Positions 42,701 through 53,001 of a stretch of 64,000 bases of DNA are shown piece by piece. Each line of letters begins with the position of its first letter. Position 1 is the stretch's first letter. The stretch is from Hydrolagus affinis (Eukaryota). The notes beneath the pieces were generated by a model that saw nothing but the letters and a program-made list of their open reading frames with translations, did no database searches and was not told where the DNA came from. The stretch is from positions 1-64,000 of the forward strand of contig JAAILG010000007.1 of the NCBI GenBank assembly GCA_012026655.1. Reading direction: 5' to 3'. A program made the position numbers and the translations under genes.

Positions 42701-45700
42701 TTGCTCACTCTTCCGGTCCAACCCTTTCTACAATAATAATCCTTGCATTTGATACTAATTATTAAAATTCTACAATTCACTGAGAAGTGCAATTAAAATC
42801 TATCGTGATGGTAATTTTGTTTAGCAATCTGCAATATCATTTAACCCCTATTCTAATTGATATTCACATGTCACACAACAATTAAAAGGCCTAAAATGGT
42901 TGCTGTTAAAATAATAATTTTATTCCTACAAACGACACATTTTGTTCCTCAACTGTTTAAAAAACACTTTTGGGTTCTGGCATGTTTTTCTTTATTATCT
43001 GGCTTGATTTGTGACTTTCTCTCCCATCACCTTTATTTGTCACATTTACACATGGGCTCCTTTCATAACAAGCCTAGTTTGACACTTCCCTGTATTATAA
43101 CGTCAAACCCTCCTATCTCCTCCTCCCACAGCTTGTCTTCCAGCTCTCATCAAATTTAAATCCAACTTCTCATCAAAATTCACTACCACTCTGGCTCTGA
43201 TTAAACTCATCTTTCTATCCTGTTATATTCTCCCAATTTGTATGTTAGATATTTTAAAATATATTTTGTGGCATCAGCATCATCAGAACTGTGGAGAACG
43301 CACACTTATATTAAAGTGTCTGCAGCCCATTTGCCTTCATTGCAACCAACATATCCTTGTCCTGGGCAATTTTGAATCTAACCATTGTATCACATTGCTT
43401 GTTCGATGTGAATCTGTATATTAGCAATTTCACTCTATGAATCTCAAATTGAATCTCAAGTTAACAAAGCCTAGGCCTACAGTGTGTGTTTTTTAAATGT
43501 GTGACATATGAAGAGTAAAACCTATCAGGAGAATTTGTAAACTGGTTTGGACTCTGTTTAAAATTTGAGGATATCCATTTAAAACGGGAGGTAGCTACAT
43601 CTATCTATATGCCAAGCTGCTATGGATTTAGTGGCTGACATATAAATCCCATTGCTATTTATATATTTGCCTGCCTGGCTTGCAATGTTGCTATTCCTGA
43701 TTGCACTGAATGGGTCCAAGTACAAGATAAGCCTCCAATGTGTATTAATTGCAAAGTCTCTTTGGCATTCACTGGTTGAAAGTCTATCAACAGTGTAGCC
43801 CGATATATGCTGTGGACCAAATTCCAACCAGGGTCCACATCAGTGGTTCTTGATCTTGATGTGTGTTAAGTCTGCACTCAATGACACTGGAATGTTCTCT
43901 ATAAAGAAGTGCATTCCGACTGCATTTGTCAGCAAGAATCAATAGGTGATGTATGATAGACTCCCATTCAATTACTAAGATTATTTTTTGCCAGTATGGT
44001 ATATATTTTCTATTCGTTTCCCATTAGGTTCTTAATTGTTCAAATTTTAGTCATTTATTTGCGTCAAAAGTTAATTGCTAATAATTATTTTATTTACGGA
44101 GTATTTAACACAAAATGGTAGCGATCCAGTCCAGGTATACAAATTGGAAGAATATAACAGGATAGATAGATGAGTTTAATCATCAGAATATTACCCTTAT
44201 ATTTTAGTCCTCATTGAGGACATTGCTTGATGCCTTGCATAGATGGCATGCACATCACAAAATACATGTTCTGCTTTCAGATTGAAGCCTTTGCAAGTTC
44301 TTGCTGTGTGAGCTTAGATCAGTGGTTGCAACCTACCATTACATAGAAAGCAATAGCTGCACATCATAATTCACAAAAAGAACTAGCTTTGAGGCATTTA
44401 GAAATAACACCTTTTTCATCGTGTCTGAATCTGAAAACTGATCTTTGATCATGATCTTCAATGAACTGCAAGACTTAACAGGTTGAATAAAGTGGAACAC
44501 TACGCAATAATTGCACTATGAATGTAAAGAGAGTACTCTAATTTGTAATGTGTATCTTTGTGTCTAAAAAGCATTTCACAATCAATTACTGTTAAGTGGA
44601 AAGTGTGTGGGGAGATAGCAGCCATTTGGCACCAACCATACCCCACAAACTGCAATCGGATGAATGGGCAATGAATCTAATTTTGATGGGTTTGTAAGAG
44701 GGAATGGATAGTGATCAATCTGTCTTCAATCTGCGAGAAAATAACAGTTGAATCTGTCTCTTGTTTTACACTTCAAGGCAGTGAAGAAGGAAAGAAATAC
44801 GTGGAGAAAACCGTGACAAAGCACAGTGAAATCCTGGAATCCATGAAGGAATTGTGCAATGGTCTAAGAGAGCTTCAACTAAAGCTGCAGATTAAGGTAC
44901 AAACTGAAATTGTGAAATTAATATTTTATACTCTTCGTGCTAATCCTGCGGCAAACAATTGAGAACACGCCGGGCAACCTGAAGCAAGTATCTATGGTGC
45001 AAGTCTTTGGGTTGATCTGTGCTCCTCAGGCTCCCGTTGCAGTTCAGATAGAGCCCAATGATAAGTGTTTAATCATTTGCTACTGCTGTCGTCTGATCAG
45101 TGAGTTGTTTCTCTGGTCTAAATTGCTGATTGGACTCACACAGCAACAGAATCCAACTCCTGCCAAGAGACTGATGGAGGTTTTTGGGTTGATGAATTGT
45201 TACAGCTCCTTGGGACGTCCTCCCGACGCGAAAGGCACTTTATAAATGTAAGATTGTATTGCACATGTCAAATCATCTCTGGACAATCTCCTGTATTGGG
45301 CCTCTGAGTCCTTAATTGTGTTTGATTGTACAACATTGAACCAAATAGAGTGCTGCATTTCAAGCAGTGTGATCAAATGTGTTATCGGGTATTCCTTCTA
45401 GGGAATTTGGCACTGTTAATACTGACATCAATTCACGTGTTAGAATGCTGGTTAGCAATACTCACCATATAATATAGGAATAAGCAATACTCACCATATA
45501 ATATAACTCATTATACTCAATATAAGGGTAATATTCTGAATGGGCTTATCCTTGAGCTAGCTGCCTGTTAATTGTGCTTTTGTGTTCATTTCTGCTGGTC
45601 AAACGTATCTACATAGATAATACAATTCTGCAATATGTTTGATAATAGCAACAATAATAATAATCCTTGGGTTTGATATAGCATCATTGAGACATCTCAA

Positions 45701-48700
45701 AGTGCTTCACAGAATACACTGTAAAAGTCAACACAACGTATGTTCTGTGGGTGAAACGCGGCATCCAATTGTGTACAGAAAATTGCATTGTTTCCCACGA
45801 CCAAAGAAATGTTCAATGACAAATCGCGCAGTATAAACCCAATGTAAAACTACACTGTCACTTTGCTTGAGCTGTTCTGACTTTCTCTCTGTCAATTTTC
45901 AACAGACCGATGCCCCTGGACAGAAGAAATCAGAAGAAGGTGCAAGTAGATCACAAGAAACAAGTGTTGAAAAGGAAAATCAGGTAGCAATTTGCCAGAT
46001 TCAAATAACTTGGCATTTATTAAGGAGTTTTCATTGATAGCCAGGTACTGTATATGTTTACCGATTTTAAGGCAAAGATGGAGAGAAACAGTCCACCTAT
46101 TTCCCTGATCTGGATTTAACCCCAAATCCTAGCGAGGAAAGGTCAGCATTCCAGTCTGCTGTTCACTAACCTGATAAATTGAATTATACTGTGTTGTTTG
46201 TGGTGCATTGTGCTCATTTTATTGATGAGCCACAACGAGTTATGCAAAGTAAATCAAAGCTAATGAAATCGGTGCTAGAATTCTGCCTCTCAAAAAGCTA
46301 ACTTCAATCACTCTGTTATTGTATAAATGCAACAGCCGTGAATAATACTGGGCTCCGCTCCTCTGTGGCTCCTTGAAAGCTCCCAGGCAATCCATTGGGC
46401 AGCCAATCAATAGACCCTTATTGTAATGTTATCAAAGAGGTGATCATCTCAGCTGTAATATTAATGCTAAATTCCTAATGAAGTGTTCTGTGCATCAACA
46501 GAAATCAGATGCTTATTTTGAATGGGGTTAATGGAATATAAATCCAACATCCTGTCCCACAACACTGTACTACTGCAAGCGAAGCCACATCCCTTTCAAT
46601 ATAGGAACGCAGTAGACATGTGTACTGTGTAATATTATTTCTGTGTTTTTGATGAAACAAACTTGATGAAATGTTACTTGATTGCATCAAATCAATGAGA
46701 AGTGAAGTCAAAAACTGAACTAAATTAATTCTGACAGGGAGAAAACATTATCTCTACCCAACGATCACTCGTGGAGACTGGTTTGAAAGCGAGCTATCAG
46801 TCACTGGACAGCTGTAAGCAAGAGAGGAAGGTGGAAACTTCATCAAAAGCCACTCTGGACTCAACAACAGTGATGAAAGGAAGCCATGAGCTGGATTCCA
46901 TACTTGTTAGCATAGATCACAGTGATGCTTATAGCACCAGCAGAGCTGCTGTAGAGGATTCCCAGACAGTAACAGATAACATTACAATCTCCTCTGAAAG
47001 AGAGATAATGAGTGTTCAAAGTTACACTGCCACCTTTTCACAGCAATTTAGTATGAATGCATCCCACGGACAATCACTCTGTCGATCAGTGGTTCCCACT
47101 GATTCAGGAAGGAGGGTTTATGCCCTTCAGCTGATAGAAAACAAGGCAGAATCCACAACACCTTCTGACATCAATCCAGGGACATCATTGCCAGTTTCAG
47201 CCAAGATTCCTCGACATAATGAAATGGAAGAGAATCGATACATCACTCAGACCCTTGAGGAACAACAGGTGTCACACAGCTATGTAGGTATTTCTTTAAA
47301 ACCCTTCTTAATGTTAGAAGGGAAAAGGGTCATACAGAATGCTCCAGAACTACCCCTGCTCCTGGCTCGGTCCTGGGATCTTTTATTGTGAAGCGCTCTG
47401 AGATGCCGTCCGGTGTGGAGGGCGCTATATAAATCAAAGTTGTTGTTGTTAACAGCAGCAACACACCTCACACTCCGCTCAAACCTATTGCAATCTCTAA
47501 CTTTCCTTTCTCACGCCCAGCAACAAACTACCTCTAGAATAATTACATTCTAGCTACTACTAAATATGACTTTAATATATCTAATGATGCCAATAAATAT
47601 GAAGCATAATATTCGACAGAAGGTCATTTGCACTATATTCATAACATCATTGGGTTAATGCACTTAGGCATCATAAATTCCTTATGGAAGATTACCAATT
47701 TCTATAATTTACTTCTAAAATACTTATTTGGATTTTTTTTGCAATCGATCGCCATGAACATGTACACTCATGAATCTGCATGGCATCCACCAACTCCATA
47801 GGTAAAGTATTGAAGTGTTAATTGTTCAAGAAATAAATCAAAGTAATCTGTGATCTATCTAGGTACATGAGGAGTTTTGAGAGGGGACATTTTCACAAGT
47901 TTTTTGAGGAGTGGGGTGATGGCAGCAGTTTTAAGGGGGCAGGTGGAGAGGGACTGGTTGATGATGTCAGCCAGCAGTGGGCAGAAGAGGGGGAGCTGGG
48001 TGACCAGTAACTTGGTGGGAAGTGGGTCGTGGCAGCAGGTGGTGGACTTCATTGATGTGATGGTGCGTGAGAGGGAGGAAGGAGAGACGGGGGAGAAGGA
48101 GTATGGGAAGAGGGTCGTGGTAGGAGCTGATGACGGAGAGAGTGAGGGGGATGGAATGGGGGTGGTGGTGGGCGACAAGAGGCAGGAGGATGACGCTGCC
48201 TGGCGGATATTGTGGATTTTGGAGGAGGAGAAGTCCATGCTTCCTCGCACTTCGCATTCGAAGTGAAGATTGAGGAGGCCTGAGGAAGCGCATGGAGGAG
48301 GTGGTGGGTGGTGGAAAAAAGGACTTTCGGGTTGTTTTTAGCCTACAGGATGATAGTTGAGTAGTAGGCTGTTTTCGCGCGTGATAAAGAACGGCGGTAA
48401 CTGTGGAGATGCTCGAGCCACAGTTGGTGGTGAACTGTCATACCAGTTTTCTTCCACCTGCGATCGAGCAGCTGGGTTTGGGTTTTTAGAGAGCGGAGAT
48501 GAGTTGTACCAGGGGGAACGGGTAGGTTTGGAGATGGACCTAAAATGCCGGATTTCAGGGGGACGAGAAAGTTACAGGCTAATGCAGCTGTGAGGATGAA
48601 ACATCGGCTTAATATTCTTTGGGGGTTTGGGGGAACCTTCAGGGGGAATTTCTCATTGGATGAAAAATAAATTTACATAATAATAATGATCCTTGCAATT

Positions 48701-51700
48701 GATATAGCGCTTTTCACATCTTCTGGACGTCTTAAAACGCTTCACAGAATATACTGTAAAGTGAATTGACTATATTTTGTGGGCAAAACCCGGTAGCCAA
48801 TTGTGCACAGCAGTGTCCCCACAAACAGTTGTGGATTTATGTTCGTATCTGGATTCTAACCATAAATTTATTGTGGTTAGATCAATGCCAACCCTGGGGT
48901 TGGGGGGAAAAGGAAATCCCTTTAACTGTTATCATATCGCACATTGTTATTTCTGCTGCCAAACAAAATGTCTTGTGATGGAATCATATTGCTCTCCCTA
49001 GTTTTCCAGGGAATGTTTCATCCTGAATGGCGACAGACGCAACCCACAAAGCACGAAGAGGGAGGGTATATGTAGAGTTTGAGGAGGGTAGGAGGGGTGA
49101 TGCTTCTGTAATGTTTATGTTAAGTGAACTCCTTCTGCTTTCTCCAATGTATCAAATTGTACCTTTCCAATTTCTTCCCCCTGTTTATTTTCAAGGAAAT
49201 TTTAAACATTAAGATGGACCGACTGACAAACCATCAGATCACAGAATCGGTGGCGTGCGATCGATATTCACGGGAAACTACTGAGCATCTCTGTTCTTGG
49301 ACAGAGGGCAGCACGGTGACTGACGGAGACCCGCAAACTGAACTTTTAGTGGACGAAACCCTATCGGTGGAAGAATATGAATGCATGTCACCAGACGACA
49401 TATCTTTGCCTCCGCTTCCTGAGACTCCGGAATCGAACATGCTCCATTCTGAAACCGAACTGGATGAGGTGTCCCAATTAAGTTCTCATAGTCGGCATTT
49501 TGGACCTCACAGTGCAAAGCCACAAATGGAAATGGACTGGAGCAGAATGACTGATCGCTCTGACCCAGTAACACCTGTTGCCACGGCTGACACCATAAAT
49601 CATTCAAGACCGCAAGCTTCTCATGAGCCTGACTATTATTCATCTCGCTATTCAATTCCCTGCACCGGACCCTCCCCCGCATACAGATCTGAGCCTTCCT
49701 CTTTTATCCAGCACCCACTGACCATCCCTGCACCCACTCTCGTTTCCAGCACCCTTTTGAGTATTGCGGCATCCCAAACCGTGACTAAATCCTCAACCCG
49801 TGATGCTATCTGTCGAGTGCATGAGTCTCAGCTGCAGACCTACGACGTGCATGAGAGTGCGATTGAGACCCAGCAGTCACTACTGCATGAATCCAAGAGT
49901 GACCGGTTTGCAAACCAAATGGATTCTAACAGCAATGAATTCCATGTTTCAACTGAATTACTAACAGCACCCCTCGGTGTGCACCCACCCATGCATGACA
50001 CCGCAGGCCACCACAGAGAAACCATCATCCGGGAGGGCATTCGAGATCCATTGAACAACACAGCTGTGCGCTGCCTGACTGGCACAACACCAAGCTTCTC
50101 CAAGCTCTTATCTAATGTCAATGTGGTAGAAGGTTCTCCTGTGACCTTGGAAATAGAAGTAGCAGGATTCCCAGAACCAACTTTGACGTGGTGGGTAGCC
50201 TATAACAAGCAGCAGTAATATCTACATTGCATTCAGTTGGAGGTTCAGCATGAACTTCTGACAACGGGGCCTGATTTTATTTTCAACGTTGTTCTATTTC
50301 ACGATGCAATTGCGAACCAAATTGCTTTGCTTTGCAAACATTGGTATTTTCTGTTTCTGAAGCCAATGTAATAAAAATGATGTCCAAATTAGGTGCAACC
50401 GTAAGCTAAACTTCAAACCAGGAAATTATCCATACATCATAAGTAAAGTGGAGGATGGATAATTTAGACTTATAAAAAAGCAACCCATACATAAGAAAAG
50501 TAATATTAATACCACGATAGACATTCACCAAAAATGCACGATACCTTACAGTAAATCCTGTAAACCGCTTTGCGATATTTTAGTTGCGTAATTAGATACA
50601 ATATTGAATCAAGGAGTAATATAATTATTATATCATGAAGTCATTTCATAGAATATATTTTGCTGCAAAGGTGAGTATATTATGTACATTGCACCACCGC
50701 CAAGTAATTCTCATAAACGATTCGCAGTCGTCGAATGGTAATTGTTTAGTTCAATGGCAACACACTACTTTCATGTTGTCTACAGTATGGATCAGGATTC
50801 ATCCATGCAAAACCTTAAATTGTCGGGAGAAAAATAACCATTATCATTCCAATGTTTCTGCCATCATTTCTCCTCGTAGGGGAGAAAGGGTAAATCTGGG
50901 ACCAACTTGGCAGCCTTCTCCCAAGTCGTACATTCCTATATTTCTAAGCAAATTTAAATTCTTACTCGCAACAGATGACAATAACTTCACAAAAGTGATT
51001 CTTGGAATCTCATAATCCTTTAAGCTTCAATTTTTCATAACATTTGGACTTGCGTTAAGTCACTGAATTTGATATCACTAATTGTGCTCCGTTCACCGGT
51101 TTTGATGGGGGTTCGTGGTTTGAAGGAATACAAAGGTGAAGAAACATAACAATTATAAAGAGATTTGGAGGCCCTGGAAGATTGAAGTAAACCTTTGCAT
51201 GCTTTTGTCACACAGCTAGGAAACCAATGATAATTTTAGGATGAGAATGAATCCATTATAAATCACCTCCATCTTCCAGAGGCACAATGAAAATATGAAC
51301 CGCAAATCTTTGCAACTTTGAATATATTTCCAAAATCAGGTCCCAAGTTATCAGTTATTTAAGATTGTTACTAACACTTAACTTATTTTAGAGTTAGTTT
51401 GTCGTACTAAAAAATGTTACATACTTTGCTTATATGCAGTTAATATAAAATTCATATTCTGTCTTTTTAGATGTTCTTGTTTTAATCAGGTGTTTAACTG
51501 GTGTTTGTAACTGCTTGACTTGAAAATGCACTCTTTACTTCAGGTACAAGAATGGACAGAAGCTGACAACAGATCAGCGCTTAGAAGTTTCACAAAAGGA
51601 AGGCAAACACATTCTTTTCATTCAGAAGGTGTCTGATAAAGATTCAGGCATTTATGTTGTACGAGCTATAAACTCTAGTGGCACTATCAGTTCCACTGCT

Positions 51701-51820
51701 ATACTTCAAGTACAAGGTAAATGCAGTCTCGGATGTTTCCACACTGATCCTATAGACTGGCTCACCTTTCTAGCCTGGCTGTGCATAGTGTGTGTTAGTT
51801 TGTTTCTAATGTATTTCTAG
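6602..51820 (+). CDS. CCDC141: CCDC141 (CAMDI), 25 coding exons, about 5241 nt / 1746 aa for the Ig + TM-tail isoform
   Basis: Hand-spliced exons join in one continuous frame with matching phases. Peptides match recalled human CCDC141 ([92 protein letters not shown]). The gene lies directly upstream of TTN, as in other vertebrates. Confidence 0.96.
6997..7119 (+). CDS. CCDC141: CCDC141 exon 2 (SGKCVELQ...LLAKLK)
   Basis: cccttcag acceptor, AAG|GTACAA donor, phase 0/0. Confidence 0.93.
8945..9255 (-). mobile_element. L2 LINE 3' fragment
   Basis: Reverse-strand (GTT)n tail and L2-like 3' region, similar to 58950-59180 and 63650-63990. Confidence 0.75.
9309..9426 (+). mobile_element. CR1-type LINE 3' end inserted in a SINE tail
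   Basis: Near-identical to 1-133; flanked by the two halves of a SINE 3' end. Confidence 0.8.
11430..11700 (+). mobile_element. Ancient DeuSINE (SacSINE1-like) relic
   Basis: CTGAGTCAGAAGGTTGTGGGTT head and GGGAGTGTTGCATTGTTGGAGG...GGGAGTTCT...CCTGGCCAATATT Deu-like core; related copy at about 24090-24460. Confidence 0.6.
14752..14943 (+). CDS. CCDC141: CCDC141 exon 3 (GHEDDVW...DQALE)
   Basis: ctgaaag acceptor, GAG|GTTGGT donor, 192 nt. Confidence 0.92.
15105..15213 (+). CDS. CCDC141: CCDC141 exon 4 ([10 protein letters not shown]...QHVTK), GC donor
   Basis: ttttag acceptor; AAG|GCAAGT phase-1 donor that fits exon 5. Confidence 0.9.
16069..16385 (+). mobile_element. tRNA-derived SINE, near full length (Deu-like core, L2-like tail)
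   Basis: TAGCTCAATGG A box, GGATTCGATTCC B box, GGGACACTGCTGT..CAATTGGCTGCC core, CAAATGCAAGGATTA end. Confidence 0.85.
16386..16715 (+). mobile_element. Non-autonomous Helitron-like element
   Basis: Starts TC(TTCTATATATATAAAAG), ends ACAGCTAG, lies between A and T with no target-site duplication, and interrupts the SINE (ATT)n tail. Confidence 0.7.
16831..17084 (+). CDS. CCDC141: CCDC141 exon 5 ([12 protein letters not shown]...QRADE)
   Basis: ccacag acceptor, GAG|GTAGGA donor, phase 1/0. Confidence 0.93.
19735..19854 (+). CDS. CCDC141: CCDC141 exon 6 (VIQWIRQ...VSKAK)
   Basis: Spectrin-like W...LGSSL motif; AAG|GTAAGA donor; 120 nt. Confidence 0.9.
21162..21350 (+). CDS. CCDC141: CCDC141 exon 7 (GCAPERLE...YSSANK)
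   Basis: gtccag acceptor, AAG|GTTAGT donor, 189 nt. Confidence 0.9.
22593..22692. other. Assembly gap (100 N)
   Basis: Run of exactly 100 N in CCDC141 intron 7. Confidence 0.99.
22693..22882 (-). mobile_element. L2 LINE ORF2 C-terminal fragment
   Basis: [16 protein letters not shown]...[17 protein letters not shown], a typical L2 ORF2 end. Confidence 0.9.
26517..26802 (+). mobile_element. tRNA-derived SINE, same family as 16069
   Basis: Shared head, core and tail. Confidence 0.85.
29478..29780 (+). mobile_element. tRNA-derived SINE, full length
   Basis: TAGCTCAGTGG A box, GGTTCAATTCC B box, shared core and tail. Truncated + copies lie at about 575-750, 23160-23345, 25370-25545, 31040-31200 and 41840-42010; - copies at about 45660-45790, 48680-48840 and 54945-55180. 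Confidence 0.88.
29864..30036 (+). CDS. CCDC141: CCDC141 exon 8 (GFDVLG...KIGPQ)
   Basis: accag acceptor, AG|GTAAGA phase-2 donor. Confidence 0.92.
30483..30506. repeat. (TA)n microsatellite; others at about 31858-31890, 55033-55071 and 60885-60915, (CAGA)n at 31977-31998, (GT)n at 6358-6377
   Basis: Read directly from the sequence. Confidence 0.9.
30729..30870 (+). CDS. CCDC141: CCDC141 exon 9 (SRASGIQQM...DHFDK)
   Basis: tttag acceptor in phase 2, AAG|GTATCC donor. Confidence 0.9.
31708..31827 (+). CDS. CCDC141: CCDC141 exon 10 (VSIWLQ...SDQSK)
   Basis: 120 nt open frame, GSSLSESE motif, AAG|GTAAAA donor. Confidence 0.88.
32693..32884 (+). CDS. CCDC141: CCDC141 exon 11 (GVAKKIA...KYAEE)
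   Basis: cttcag acceptor, GAG|GTGGAA donor, 192 nt. Confidence 0.88.
33488..33664 (+). CDS. CCDC141: CCDC141 exon 12 (VEEAMQ...SSVLL)
   Basis: ttcag acceptor, CTG|GTAAGA donor, 177 nt. Confidence 0.9.
34972..35151 (+). CDS. CCDC141: CCDC141 exon 13 (TNESLS...EQVKK)
   Basis: ttccag acceptor, AAG|GTAGGG donor, 180 nt. Confidence 0.92.
36958..37083 (+). CDS. CCDC141: CCDC141 exon 14 (TIGSLK...KPHLQ)
   Basis: gttcag acceptor, CAG|GTGAGG donor, 126 nt. Confidence 0.92.
37596..37784 (+). CDS. CCDC141: CCDC141 exon 15 (QLNAEVEY...RTTQE)
   Basis: actag acceptor, GAG|GTATAT donor, 189 nt. Confidence 0.9.
37860..38292 (+). mobile_element. L2 LINE 3' end with duplicated tail
   Basis: Decayed ORF2 end and two tandem copies of CCTGACGTGAAA..GCGCT..TGTAATTTTGTTGTTG. 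Confidence 0.85.
38525..38704 (+). CDS. CCDC141: CCDC141 exon 16 (LESLMRS...IVQHS)
   Basis: ttccag acceptor, TCG|GTAAGT donor, 180 nt. Confidence 0.92.
38813..38962 (+). CDS. CCDC141: CCDC141 exon 17 (KSVVASVE...EEIQE)
   Basis: aatag acceptor, GAG|GTTACA donor, 150 nt. Confidence 0.87.
41331..41471 (+). CDS. CCDC141: CCDC141 exon 18 (LKESYKD...SEKIQ)
   Basis: ccttag acceptor, CAG|GTAAAT donor; highly conserved peptide. Confidence 0.94.
41581..41778 (+). CDS. CCDC141: CCDC141 exon 19 (IFKRKI...QAMEE)
   Basis: cttcag acceptor, GAG|GTATGT donor, 198 nt. Confidence 0.93.
42160..42343 (+). CDS. CCDC141: CCDC141 exon 20 (SQFWCEE...AMRLY)
   Basis: ctgcag acceptor, phase-1 donor G|GTTAGA; [12 protein letters not shown] motif. 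Confidence 0.94.
44778..44896 (+). CDS. CCDC141: CCDC141 exon 21 ([10 protein letters not shown]...KLQIK)
   Basis: Phase-1 ttcaag acceptor, AAG|GTACAA donor. Confidence 0.9.
45906..45983 (+). CDS. CCDC141: CCDC141 exon 22 (TDAPGQKK...EKENQ)
   Basis: Strong pyrimidine tract and caacag acceptor, purine-rich 78 nt open frame, CAG|GTAGCA donor, phase 0/0; little recognisable homology. Confidence 0.72.
46738..47268 (+). CDS. CCDC141: CCDC141 exon 23, S/T-rich (GENIIST...LEEQQ); alternative end at 47283
   Basis: 177-codon open frame with gacag acceptor; two in-frame candidate donors. Confidence 0.75.
47872..48600 (-). mobile_element. L2 LINE internal ORF2 fragment (start of RT domain)
   Basis: [15 protein letters not shown]...[11 protein letters not shown]...[11 protein letters not shown] on the minus strand. 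Confidence 0.85.
49196..50190 (+). CDS. CCDC141: CCDC141 exon 24 (large S/T/P-rich exon plus N-terminal half of the Ig domain); reads through to a stop at 50218 if unspliced
   Basis: Matches ORF 49124-50218; ttcaag acceptor, TG|GTGGGT phase-2 donor. Confidence 0.93.
51544..51820 (+). CDS. CCDC141: CCDC141 exon 25 (C-terminal half of Ig domain plus hydrophobic tail); internal donor after 51716
   Basis: WYKNGQKL...[14 protein letters not shown]...[20 protein letters not shown]; AATAAA at 51882. Confidence 0.92.
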
Positions 51821-52831
51821 TTTATTTAACTGTTATGTATCACTGTTTTGATTACATTGATGTTTTTCACCTTGTACTAAAAATAAAGTTGGTACCTGGC
51901 CTTACCACAAGTAATATCACAATGCAATGTTTCAATGCACTACCTCTGCACTGCAAAAGAGTTTTGAATGTTAACTTTTTTATTGAAAACTCCAAGTTTC
52001 ACTGAAATGCTGGTAAATGTTAATAATGTAATTTAAAACATTGACTGTTATTTCTCAGTAAGATATCATAATATTCCAGTACCCATGCACAGTATTAATG
52101 GAATCGTACTGTTAATAACACAATCAGTGACACTGATTAAAACCTTCACTGTATTCGTTCACATTCACAGTATTGTTAGCACAAAAACTGAGCAATTTGA
52201 CTTGGCAAATTAATTTGCACACTTTCTGATATCCTTATCTGTTTGCAAAGAAAAAAAATTTAAACTATTTTTATGACGAGTTTAAACCTATCTATATATT
52301 TTAACATATGAAACATTTTTTCTGAGATTTTTTTTATCTTCCTGATACTGTTTGTGTGATATGTTTTGGAATAGATGCAATGGAAAATTATTAGGTGGAA
52401 TTTTAGATGAATAGGTAGTGGAGTGTGTTAATGTTATTATGCACTGTGCACAGAGCAGTAGAAAATGTCCTGCGTTTTCCCCCAAACTGGTGATAGAGTA
52501 TACATTTGCAATCTGATAGCAAGACAGTGGCTGAAGTCTGGGAACAAACGAGAATGCCTGCACGCTCAGCCAATCTACCAGACAGAAGGAAGGGAGTAAA
52601 ATAAGAATTTACAATCAATGAAGGTTCAACATACTGTAAGTTATGACAAAGACTATAGGGAAGTCATACAAAAAAGCATTTAAAGCAAATTAATTCTGAG
52701 GCTGCATTGACTAAAGTATACATCGGATCACCAATATACTGTAATTACATTTCAATCTTCTATTAGGATGATGGAAAGGCTGTGTATCCCTAAAATGAAT
52801 TGCATTTCCCCCTGCATATTTCCCTATACAG

Positions 52832-53001
52832 CTTTGCAATGCGTTGACAACACTTTTATCAACAATTTATTGGTGCACTTGTATTGGTTCCTGGTATTGT
52901 CACTCTTTTCCATTGTGTGCATTGCAGTATTATTCCTCACCTTTGGTTCCACTCACTCTGAGACCAATGAAATCCAATTTATTGAATCTGGCCTTCGATA
53001 G
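52832..53001 (+). CDS. CCDC141: Putative alternative terminal exon of CCDC141 with a transmembrane helix
   Basis: Pyrimidine-rich acceptor (tttccctatacag) in phase 1; encodes (A)LQCVDNTFINNLLVHLYWFLVLSLFSIVCIAVLFLTFGSTHSETNEIQFIESGLR*. Confidence 0.55.

Noticed and set aside
45454-45505. 23-bp direct repeat, and an 11-bp tandem at 61741-61767
   Set aside because: Two copies only; simple slippage duplications, not a CRISPR-like or structured array.
47855-48593. Cluster of ORFs up to 131 aa on both strands
   Set aside because: Explained by a decayed L2 ORF2 fragment and its purine-rich antisense strand.
49234-50121. Minus-strand ORFs of 68-134 aa
   Set aside because: Antisense shadows of CCDC141 exon 24.
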